A stretch of 40,770 bases of DNA from sequence record MN850570.1, one strand, 5' to 3'. The stretch comes from Escherichia phage mellemsur. The notes beneath the pieces are model-generated. The model was not told the origin of the DNA. It saw only the letters and a list, made by a program, of their open reading frames with translations, and did no database searches. Below are positions 25,761 to 33,471 of this stretch, piece by piece. Made by a program: the position numbers and the translations under genes. Numbering within the stretch: position 1 is the first letter of the stretch; every line of letters starts with the position of its first letter.

Positions 25761-28193
25761 TCAGCAGAAAAACTTGCTTGATTGTTTCACAAGCTGGATA
25801 TCCAGATTGCCCCGTTCGGGTGCAACAGCATTGTATCGTACAGCAAGTTGTTGAATTGGGTCATGTTGCTCATACATCTGTACGAACTTTTCACGAATGA
25901 CCTTGTGGAGTAACCCGGCATGTGCAGCCGCCACCCCGAACGAATCGTGGATGGACACCATGTACACCCCGTTATTCCACATCTCCCACAACACCTTCAT
26001 CATGTGGCTAGCATCCATGGCGTGTACGAAATTCGGAGCAATCGCAGCGGCACACTTCCTGCCGTCCGGCTTGTCCAGATACTCGCGCAGCTTAATGCTG
26101 TGGATACCCATGAGGTTGATGTTGTTGAGCATCGTCTCCTTGCTGGCTTGATACAGGTTAACCACCCGCAACCCCGATGGTGCAATGATTTCCACGTACT
26201 CGCCGTTGGCTGCCGCCTCAACAGCGATAGCCTGCAACCATGCCATCAGCTCTGCCGCCTTCGGCACAACGCGAGGGATTGCATTCCACATAAACTCTGC
26301 GATGAACTGCGCACACTCCAGCAGGCTCTTGCCGTCCGGCAGCTTGACCCGGTTCTCTCGCAGGTACAGGCAGTAGTAGTCCACCATGCCGTGCCGGGTT
26401 GCCCCGTACACGTAGGTCATCACTGGCTTCTTAGCCATCGCCCGGACAATACCGATTGAAACAAGCCACGTACCCATCTGCGTCGGTGACTGCGCCTCAC
26501 TATCTTCAAGAGCCTGCATCGCCGCTGCTGCCGTCTTGAGATATATGTCTGCTTTTCTTCCCACGCTATTGATAAGATTGACAGCAGCACCGCCAACTTC
26601 ATCTCGTAGCATCGCACTGAGGTGCTGTAATCCTGAACAGGTAGCGTCCCATTGCGTAACCACTCGGCAGGGATAAGTCTCAGGACTTCCTGAGTCGATA
26701 GCGCGAATGAGTTCAACAGAGGCAGCCCACGCGCTGATAGGGCTATCGGCTTCTGACCAGAACGAATCAAATGCCTCTGGAAGACGGCACGCCTCACGTA
26801 GTCGGGGGAGTGTCTTGTCCGTCCACGCCGCCCGGTCGTCGAAGTCTGTTGCGTCGTAGCCGAAGCAATTCGCAACATGAACCTTGAGCCAGAACAGCCC
26901 CTCAGTTCCGAGAGCCACTGGTTCCGCAAGCTCAAGCAGCGCTCGCACTGCGTCGATAGACTGAGGGTTAAGGGTCGAAGAATAATAAATTCGGCCCCGC
27001 GTATCGGCGTAAGTCGGGAGATAAATCCTATCGTACTGTGCATACCTGTCTGCCTCTTTGACTGCACCATTCAACGCCAGCATCTGCGACGTGAACTTAC
27101 GCAACTCATTGTAATACAAGCGAGTCTTCACCTTGTACTCATGAGCTTCGGCACCCATCTGCTGCTGCATCTCTGGTGGGAACTTGCTGATGTACTGTGC
27201 AAAGCTCACACCAGCGGGGATGGTGAACGGAAGTGTAGGCTCACGGGGTGGCACAGGCAGCCCCATAACGCCTGTACGGTTCGTTCGCAGGAACTCCAGT
27301 ACCATTGGGTTAACTCGGTACGGAACGCTGCTGAGCATCATACACGGCTCTATAACGGGGGTCGGGTCAACGTTCAATGCACGATACCCTTTGTGGTTCA
27401 TGCGGCTCATGACCCGGTACATCGCCGCCTGCCCATCGGAATGCCACATACCGCTGCGACCGTTCGGGGCAATCTGCTTCGGTGGGATAATCAGCGGTGG
27501 GCAGCACATGCCATCAGCACGCGGCATGTCCAGCCAGTCGTTCATCGTAGCCAGCACATCTTCGTGCAGTGCGAAGTGTGCCGTACCGCGCTGGCGCTGG
27601 TTGCCGCCGGCGCGAATCGTGGACACCAGACCAGTTGGCTCGACGCACTTCATCATCAGCTTGCCAATGGTAATCAGCGCACGCTGCGGCAGCACATCAA
27701 TCTCTACCCCAACGTTCGCCGCCGACGCACGCGCTTTGTTGTAGACGTGGTTCGCTGACTTCGAGCGAGACTTCTTCACGTCCTGCTTAACGCGCTCCAT
27801 GTACGCCGCCTGCTGTGGCCCGGTCTGCTTCGCCCGGAGGTACACTACCTCAGCCATCAGTGCCTTGCCCATGCTCTTGAGCAGACTCAGTACCGCCTGC
27901 TCCGACGCAGCACCGGACACCGCCATGCTCAGTGCGAGAGAGGCACACGCTTTGGTGCCAATCTCACGCATGTACGTCCGGTACTGCGCACCATACCCAC
28001 GGGTCGTTTCGCTCAAGGTTTCTTGCATCGCAGCTTCGACCAGAGGATAAGCCTCAACCATCATACGCTGGAGCAACGGCACCGACCCGGCGCGGCCACT
28101 GGCCATCGCCTCTTTGATATTATCCAGCCAGCCCTCGCGGTGTCTGGCTCGCGCTTCTTCTTCAAGTCGAATCTGCTCTGCAAGTAAATCCAC
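25761..28193 (-). CDS. single-subunit DNA-dependent RNA polymerase (T7/phiKMV-type)
   Basis: 810 aa; DATCSGLQHLSAML (T7 RNAP motif A region) and SIHDSFG (motif C region). Confidence 0.9.
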   Translation of the reverse strand: MDLLAEQIRLEEEARARHREGWLDNIKEAMASGRAGSVPLLQRMMVEAYPLVEAAMQETLSETTRGYGAQYRTYMREIGTKACASLALSMAVSGAASEQAVLSLLKSMGKALMAEVVYLRAKQTGPQQAAYMERVKQDVKKSRSKSANHVYNKARASAANVGVEIDVLPQRALITIGKLMMKCVEPTGLVSTIRAGGNQRQRGTAHFALHEDVLATMNDWLDMPRADGMCCPPLIIPPKQIAPNGRSGMWHSDGQAAMYRVMSRMNHKGYRALNVDPTPVIEPCMMLSSVPYRVNPMVLEFLRTNRTGVMGLPVPPREPTLPFTIPAGVSFAQYISKFPPEMQQQMGAEAHEYKVKTRLYYNELRKFTSQMLALNGAVKEADRYAQYDRIYLPTYADTRGRIYYSSTLNPQSIDAVRALLELAEPVALGTEGLFWLKVHVANCFGYDATDFDDRAAWTDKTLPRLREACRLPEAFDSFWSEADSPISAWAASVELIRAIDSGSPETYPCRVVTQWDATCSGLQHLSAMLRDEVGGAAVNLINSVGRKADIYLKTAAAAMQALEDSEAQSPTQMGTWLVSIGIVRAMAKKPVMTYVYGATRHGMVDYYCLYLRENRVKLPDGKSLLECAQFIAEFMWNAIPRVVPKAAELMAWLQAIAVEAAANGEYVEIIAPSGLRVVNLYQASKETMLNNINLMGIHSIKLREYLDKPDGRKCAAAIAPNFVHAMDASHMMKVLWEMWNNGVYMVSIHDSFGVAAAHAGLLHKVIREKFVQMYEQHDPIQQLAVRYNAVAPERGNLDIQLVKQSSKFFC

Positions 28194-28195
28194 GA

Positions 28196-28510
28196 CTACT
28201 CCTTAACTTGTTTGCTCAGGTGCTCAATCAGCTTACCGTCTTCGGCGTACTGCTCAACGAGACCTACACCGTATGATGGCTTGCCCGGCTCGTCATATCC
28301 CGGCTGCGCTTGTTTGCGCTGGCCTAAGTCACTCAGTACAGAATGTTGCAGTGCCGGGTCATTCGTACCCGTACCGCCGCAGGCTTCGCAATCCATCAGG
28401 ACTACCTGCCCACCAATCAACATGCCACGGTAGGTGCCGCTACCCATGCAGGCACCACACACTTTATGGTCAACCACCGTGTCGTCAATGGCTCTTTGAT
28501 AACGACTCAT
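28196..28510 (-). CDS. small zinc-finger protein
   Basis: CGACMGSGTY...CEACGGTGT resembles DnaJ-type CxxCxGxG zinc-finger repeats; start moved to internal ATG. Confidence 0.45.
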   Translation of the reverse strand: MSRYQRAIDDTVVDHKVCGACMGSGTYRGMLIGGQVVLMDCEACGGTGTNDPALQHSVLSDLGQRKQAQPGYDEPGKPSYGVGLVEQYAEDGKLIEHLSKQVKE

Positions 28511-28518
28511 ACAATCTC

Positions 28519-28695
28519 CTACGCAAGACAGGCAAACAGAATAGCAGGGATGACAGCCAAGAATACCCACAGGATAAAGCCTGCTGCACCAGACCTGTCA
28601 ACGTGTGTCTTGTTGTACTGGTCGCACGCAGCCAGACAGACAACAGAGAACAGGGCAAACCATACCACAGCTACAATCCAAAGTAAAACACTCAT
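28519..28695 (-). CDS. small membrane protein
   Basis: about 58 aa with two hydrophobic helices; start moved to MSVLLWIV. Confidence 0.4.
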   Translation of the reverse strand: MSVLLWIVAVVWFALFSVVCLAACDQYNKTHVDRSGAAGFILWVFLAVIPAILFACLA

Positions 28696-29270
28696 TTGCG
28701 TTTCCTTAATTCGAGTTCCAGAATGAACAGCGCATTGCACGCAGCGTGCGCCAGATGGTGCAGGTTGGATTCGCTATCCAGTTCCTCACCCTTGCCCACC
28801 GCCGTCAGGTGCCGGAGCAGCGCTGACTTGTAGCGTTCCTCACCTTCCGGTACAGTCTGCCACGAGTGGGCTGCATACTTCTCAGCGCCGAAGGTGAGCA
28901 CGCTGGCTACAGCCTCCAGTGCATTCGGGCAGCCATCGAACAGCAGTGACATGCGGGGCTTGCCGCCGTCAAACTTCATGCCGCCCGGCCCAGCACTCTT
29001 GGCCACGGCCACCTCAACATCACTGGCCGGGTCGTACGGGTCAACCGGGATGAACGCAGTCTCGACTTCTTTCACCTCGAACGGCTCCAGTACCAGCGTG
29101 TGGGTCTTGCCATCCTTCACGCAGGTGTAGTAATCGCGGCTGTCATTCGGCACATCGTACGGTTCGTCGTACGTCAGGATGATACCTTGCTCAGCAATGT
29201 CGCTCAGCAGCGTGCCAGTACCCCAGTTGCGTGTCGGGTCTAAGATAAACTTCTGACCTTTCTTACCCAT
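28692..29270 (-). CDS. putative dATP/dGTP diphosphohydrolase-domain protein
   Basis: C-terminal half KFDGGKPR...VLTFGAEKY...W...LRHL...ELDSESNLHHLAHAACNALF matches my recollection of the dGTP diphosphohydrolase N-terminal domain family; GGAGG Shine-Dalgarno before MGKKGQ start. Confidence 0.45.
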   Translation of the reverse strand: MGKKGQKFILDPTRNWGTGTLLSDIAEQGIILTYDEPYDVPNDSRDYYTCVKDGKTHTLVLEPFEVKEVETAFIPVDPYDPASDVEVAVAKSAGPGGMKFDGGKPRMSLLFDGCPNALEAVASVLTFGAEKYAAHSWQTVPEGEERYKSALLRHLTAVGKGEELDSESNLHHLAHAACNALFILELELRKRK

Positions 29271-29790
29271 TCGCCTTACCTCCATCGACCTTAGAATCAG
29301 CGCCATCGTATTTAGCATTGGCATGAACATACTCATGATTGTCCTCGTACCGGGTCACTTCATAAACCGTGATGCCGAGGCCACGCATGAAGTCAACGAT
29401 GTGCGGCAGGTCGTCGAAAGCACACACGATGTTCTCAATGCCAATGTCCTCCAGCGCCGCCAGCTTCATCTCTGTGTCTTTACGGCAGTCGCCAATCTCT
29501 CTCATGATTAGTTTGTCGTAAACCACACCAGCTTCGTCGAGCCACTGCTCGGTTACTTCACGGGCCACGGCTCCGCGTCCGGTCAGGATGATAATGCGAT
29601 ACGTGAGGGCCAGAGCGTTCACAATATCAATCGTGTCCTGAAACGCAGGGTCGTCAGCGCCAGCCAAGTTGAACTCGGCCCACGCTTCATCAAGGTGCCG
29701 ACGCTCCGGTGGAGGCAGCAGGTGTAAACGCCAACGGCCATCGGCCAGCGTGCCGTCAAGGTCTACTACTACGGTGTCTTTCATGTGCAT
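29263..29790 (-). CDS. HAD-family polynucleotide 3'-phosphatase (T4 Pnk phosphatase-domain-like, no kinase domain)
   Basis: DLDGTLAD (HAD motif I), TGRG, GDCRKD, AFDD collinear with phosphatase domain of T4 polynucleotide kinase; no P-loop. Confidence 0.65.
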   Translation of the reverse strand: MHMKDTVVVDLDGTLADGRWRLHLLPPPERRHLDEAWAEFNLAGADDPAFQDTIDIVNALALTYRIIILTGRGAVAREVTEQWLDEAGVVYDKLIMREIGDCRKDTEMKLAALEDIGIENIVCAFDDLPHIVDFMRGLGITVYEVTRYEDNHEYVHANAKYDGADSKVDGGKANG

Positions 29791-29980
29791 CGTGTGCTTC
29801 CTCAAGAGCGAAAATAATATCTCGGACATATGCCCAAGGCAACCAGACTTCCTCACCGTCCTGCGAAATGCAGACGGTGCCATCCTTATACAGCTCGACC
29901 TGAGTGTTGGCCTCCCACTCAATGGAGAGGCCATCCTCTTTGAGCTGCACCACATCTTCTTGGTACAGTGTTCTCGTCAC
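29756..29980 (-). CDS. hypothetical small protein
   Basis: 74-aa ORF with GTG start overlapping stop of upstream gene; overlaps HAD start. Confidence 0.35.
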   Translation of the reverse strand: MTRTLYQEDVVQLKEDGLSIEWEANTQVELYKDGTVCISQDGEEVWLPWAYVRDIIFALEEAHDAHERHRSSRP

Positions 29981-31104
29981 TCCAACATCTCCGGGCTAAT
30001 GGTGAATCGTGCGACCTCACCGTACCGGGCATGATAAGTAATCACGCTCGCGCTGCGCTCACTCAGCCAGCCACCACGAGAAGCATAGGCATCCTTCGCC
30101 GCCAGCGTGCGGTGCTGCTCGACAATCATGACACCAGACTCTAGCACCTTCTTGTGATGCAGGTGGCCAACGTGTGCATACGCATGTTTGGTTCGGCCAT
30201 ACACTTCGCGGAACTTGGCGACCAGTACAGTCTCCAGTTGTTCTGCCTTACGCTTGTGACCATGGTGGAAGAACAGCGCCGTCTCGCCATGCTCGTAGCA
30301 GTAGTACGGGTCAGGGCTGCGGTCAACAGTGACACGCGGCTCGTCGGCGTACAGTACATGCAGCAGCTCACGCATCCAGATTGAGCTGGCCATGTCGTGG
30401 TTGCCCTCGGCACACACTACGTGAACCTGCGGGAACTTCTCCAGCAGCATACCAATGATGCGGCGCTGCGCCCTGATAGCCACACGTACCAGTTTCTGGA
30501 ATCGCGTGTCAGCATCAAGCACATGCCCACTCGATGGCGTTACTGCATCCAACCCATCCCAGTGCAGGAAGTCACCGAGCTGGCCGAAGATAGCAACCTG
30601 TGCTGGCGGCGCACTGGCAATCGCTGCCGAGAACCACTTGACCAGCAGGTCTTCCGCAATCTTCATATCCCAGTCGTCACCAGTTTCCTCTGCCCACGCC
30701 AGCATACCGAGGTGGTAGTCAGTCAGCACGAACAGGTTCAGCAGCTCAGCAGGTGCCGCGCCCCCGGCGTACGGTCGGGCAGCTTCCGGGGTGATGCTCT
30801 CGCTAATTGCATCGACAGCTTCTTGCAGCAGCGCCAGCTCCTGCTCGCGGTCGAGTGCCGTCTTCACCCACTGCATGACAACGTTGCCGTCCTTATCGTA
30901 CAGCGTGGACGTACCCTTCACCGCATACGGCTCCGGCACTTCCTTCGTCATGTCGTGCTCAGGACTCCAGCCGCTCTTGGCAAGCTGGCGCTTCCGGTAT
31001 CGAATGGCGCTCTCGGTCATGTCATGCTTCTCAGCAATGGCCTTGGTGCCAAGCCCTTCGGCAATGTCTTCTTTGAGTTGGTGATTAGTTAACTTGGTCA
31101 TCAT
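29977..31104 (-). CDS. calcineurin-like metallophosphoesterase with N-terminal HTH-like region
   Basis: Motifs TDYHLG, GDFLH, GNHD, HHGH, GHLHH (binuclear metallophosphoesterase signature); N-terminal about 50 aa helix-turn-helix-like. Confidence 0.7.
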   Translation of the reverse strand: MMTKLTNHQLKEDIAEGLGTKAIAEKHDMTESAIRYRKRQLAKSGWSPEHDMTKEVPEPYAVKGTSTLYDKDGNVVMQWVKTALDREQELALLQEAVDAISESITPEAARPYAGGAAPAELLNLFVLTDYHLGMLAWAEETGDDWDMKIAEDLLVKWFSAAIASAPPAQVAIFGQLGDFLHWDGLDAVTPSSGHVLDADTRFQKLVRVAIRAQRRIIGMLLEKFPQVHVVCAEGNHDMASSIWMRELLHVLYADEPRVTVDRSPDPYYCYEHGETALFFHHGHKRKAEQLETVLVAKFREVYGRTKHAYAHVGHLHHKKVLESGVMIVEQHRTLAAKDAYASRGGWLSERSASVITYHARYGEVARFTISPEMLE

Positions 31105-31493
31105 TTCCCCTTAGTGATTAAGGCTCGCGCTTTCGCGGCTGCTGCCTTCTTACGTCTCTCGGCTGTCGCCGCTTTCTTCTCTGCCTCGGTCTTGTGCGTT
31201 GGGTACATCAGACCAGTGTGTTGCTTACGTCGCCACTCGATGGCGCTGTCCAGCCAGTCATCAACTGTGCGCTGGCGCTTCGCTCGGTTGGCAGAGTTCT
31301 CTACCTTGCCGAGCTGAGCATTACACCAGCGGCAGATGACACCGCGAATCTCCCCACTCACATGGTCGTGGTCAACCACCATGAGCTTGAGGTCTACCAT
31401 CGGCTCGTTACAGAGTGGGCAAGGACAGCCCATCGCATTCTTCCGCATCTGCAACAAGGTCGCGCCAGTCACTTTCCGCATACCATTCCTCAT
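31101..31493 (-). CDS. endonuclease VII-family junction-resolving nuclease
   Basis: CPCPLC...DHDH...GEIRGVICRWCN pattern typical of T4 endo VII / HNH-like fold. Confidence 0.7.
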   Translation of the reverse strand: MRNGMRKVTGATLLQMRKNAMGCPCPLCNEPMVDLKLMVVDHDHVSGEIRGVICRWCNAQLGKVENSANRAKRQRTVDDWLDSAIEWRRKQHTGLMYPTHKTEAEKKAATAERRKKAAAAKARALITKGK

Positions 31494-32382
31494 TCAATTT
31501 CTTATGCAGCCAGACACGCAGCTCCTTGCTCAAGGTCAGCGTATTGAGGTGGGCTGCGAATGAGTAGGTCGGCGTGCGGTACAGCCACAACGCCACTGCT
31601 TCTGGCCATGGGTTCTGGTCGCGCACCATGTACTCACGGAGCACGAACTCAGCCACAGCCGACTCGTCATCAGTCTCCTGATAATCGACCAGCATATCGT
31701 AAGCTGTCTGCTTACCAATCTTCTTGACACCAGCGATGTTGTCGGCGCTGTCGCCCATCAACATCTGCGCCCAAAAGAAGATAGGCCCATGACCAATCAG
31801 CGACTTGTCACTCTTGGTCTCGTGCCACCACAGACGGCCAACACCTTTGCACGGCTCCAGTACCTTGTTGTCGTACGGGTCGAGGAACCTGCCCGGCCAG
31901 CAGCGCAGGTCTTTATCCGCGCTGTAGATTACTGCATCGTTAATGCCAATCGTCCACGCGTCCATGATTAAGGTGTCGTCAGCCTCGAACTCAAAGTTCA
32001 GGTGAACGTACCAGTCCTCACCATCAGGAACGTTGAACATGTTCCGGCCAATTGCTTTACGCAACGGCTCAACCAGACCGGGCTTGCGGTCTTTGTCTCG
32101 GTTGCCTTGGTACAGCTTGGCCCCACGCAGCTTGTACCGTCCAGCTTTCGTACACTCCGCAGCGGTCAACTCGATACGAACTGACTGAGCATTGGCGAGG
32201 AACTTGGCAGTCAGTACCCCGGAACAGAATCGTGTCTTCGCCGTCTCGATGTTCTTCGTGGTTGCTGCCGCGACGTAGACTGTCGAGTCAGCATCACACA
32301 GCAGAATACGACCAGACACGTAACCATCAAACTGGTCATCAAGTTCCTCGGCATTGTGAAGCAAGCGTTTCAATCTGCTCAT
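31408..32382 (-). CDS. 5'-3' exonuclease (FEN-like)
   Basis: LLCDADS, EADD, GDSADNIAGV motifs of 5'-nuclease family. Confidence 0.8.
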   Translation of the reverse strand: MSRLKRLLHNAEELDDQFDGYVSGRILLCDADSTVYVAAATTKNIETAKTRFCSGVLTAKFLANAQSVRIELTAAECTKAGRYKLRGAKLYQGNRDKDRKPGLVEPLRKAIGRNMFNVPDGEDWYVHLNFEFEADDTLIMDAWTIGINDAVIYSADKDLRCWPGRFLDPYDNKVLEPCKGVGRLWWHETKSDKSLIGHGPIFFWAQMLMGDSADNIAGVKKIGKQTAYDMLVDYQETDDESAVAEFVLREYMVRDQNPWPEAVALWLYRTPTYSFAAHLNTLTLSKELRVWLHKKLNEEWYAESDWRDLVADAEECDGLSLPTL

Positions 32383-32554
32383 TCACTCTCTCCATCAGCA
32401 TGTTCTCAATCATCTTCTTCAAAGTGAAGAACATGTCGTAGCTCATTTCAACTTTCTCGCTGCGGCTTTTGATTACCATGCACATGTCGCGAGGCTCGTC
32501 GTAAACGATAACCTCGCCCGGCTCTAACTCTCGCATGTATCCTCCACGGCACAT
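32339..32554 (-). CDS. hypothetical small protein
   Basis: 71-aa ORF overlapping exonuclease start. Confidence 0.4.
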   Translation of the reverse strand: MCRGGYMRELEPGEVIVYDEPRDMCMVIKSRSEKVEMSYDMFFTLKKMIENMLMERVNEQIETLASQCRGT

Positions 32555-32571
32555 CCCTGTGCCACTGTCAG

Positions 32572-33471
32572 TTACAGACTCGGCAGGCCGAAGTCAGCAT
32601 CGCCAGTCACGTCCGGCTCAGGCTTGGATGCTGCCGACTTGTCAGCCGCGCCAGCCGTTGCCAGCTCCTGCACTTCCTGCTTAACCTCAGCCACTTCCTC
32701 CGGCTGGCCCACGTCGCCCAGCTCAGGCAGCTCAGCGATTGCCGAGCCAGCACCAGCGCCGTTCAGCAGCAGGTCAAGCGGAGAGCCGGGGAACTCAGGA
32801 GATTCCAGCAGCTTGTCCTGAATCCAGTTCTTGGATTTGCCATCGTCGTTCTTGCCTTCGATGTACAGGGATTCCCAGTCCTCTTTGGTCGGACGGTTCC
32901 ACAGGAACAGCTTGAACAGCGTCTCGTCCTCAACCTCCGGCACCGGGTACGGCTGGTCAGTCACCGGGTCAACCGCGAGCATGATGTTCTCAAGGTCGAT
33001 GTTGGCGTACACCTTCTTGTTCTCACCCTCGCCCGATTCGTTGTGGATAATCGGAACAATGAAGGTGTGGTTCAGAAGCTGCGCGAAGTGCTTCGCAGTC
33101 TTGTCCGGGTTCATACGCTTGAACAGTTTGTAAGCGCCGGACTTGCTGTTCAGGTCTTTCTTCACAGCGATGAACTGCGTGCGCACCTTGCCCGGCACCA
33201 TCTTACCATTGACAACTTCATGGTAAGTCTCGCCGTTCTTGGCCTTGCCCCACAGTGCGAACTGGAGGAAGAACTTATTGACAGGCGGTTTGTCCGGTGC
33301 CTGCTTGGTCACGCTCGGCCCCACTTCAATGTAGCCAACCAGTCGCGCCAGTGCCTTACCTTCCGGCAGCAGCTTACCACCACCGGACGTGGCTTCGTTA
33401 AAGTCAAGTTCTTCCTCGTCAACATACTGTTCGACGATGGAGTTCATGCGGTTCAATACAGATGCGGTCAT
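32572..33471 (-). CDS. hypothetical protein with acidic C-terminal tail (possible DNA-replication accessory / ssDNA-binding)
   Basis: 299 aa immediately downstream of DNA polymerase; acidic C-terminus ending ...DADFGLPSL; function speculative. Confidence 0.45.
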   Translation of the reverse strand: MTASVLNRMNSIVEQYVDEEELDFNEATSGGGKLLPEGKALARLVGYIEVGPSVTKQAPDKPPVNKFFLQFALWGKAKNGETYHEVVNGKMVPGKVRTQFIAVKKDLNSKSGAYKLFKRMNPDKTAKHFAQLLNHTFIVPIIHNESGEGENKKVYANIDLENIMLAVDPVTDQPYPVPEVEDETLFKLFLWNRPTKEDWESLYIEGKNDDGKSKNWIQDKLLESPEFPGSPLDLLLNGAGAGSAIAELPELGDVGQPEEVAEVKQEVQELATAGAADKSAASKPEPDVTGDADFGLPSL

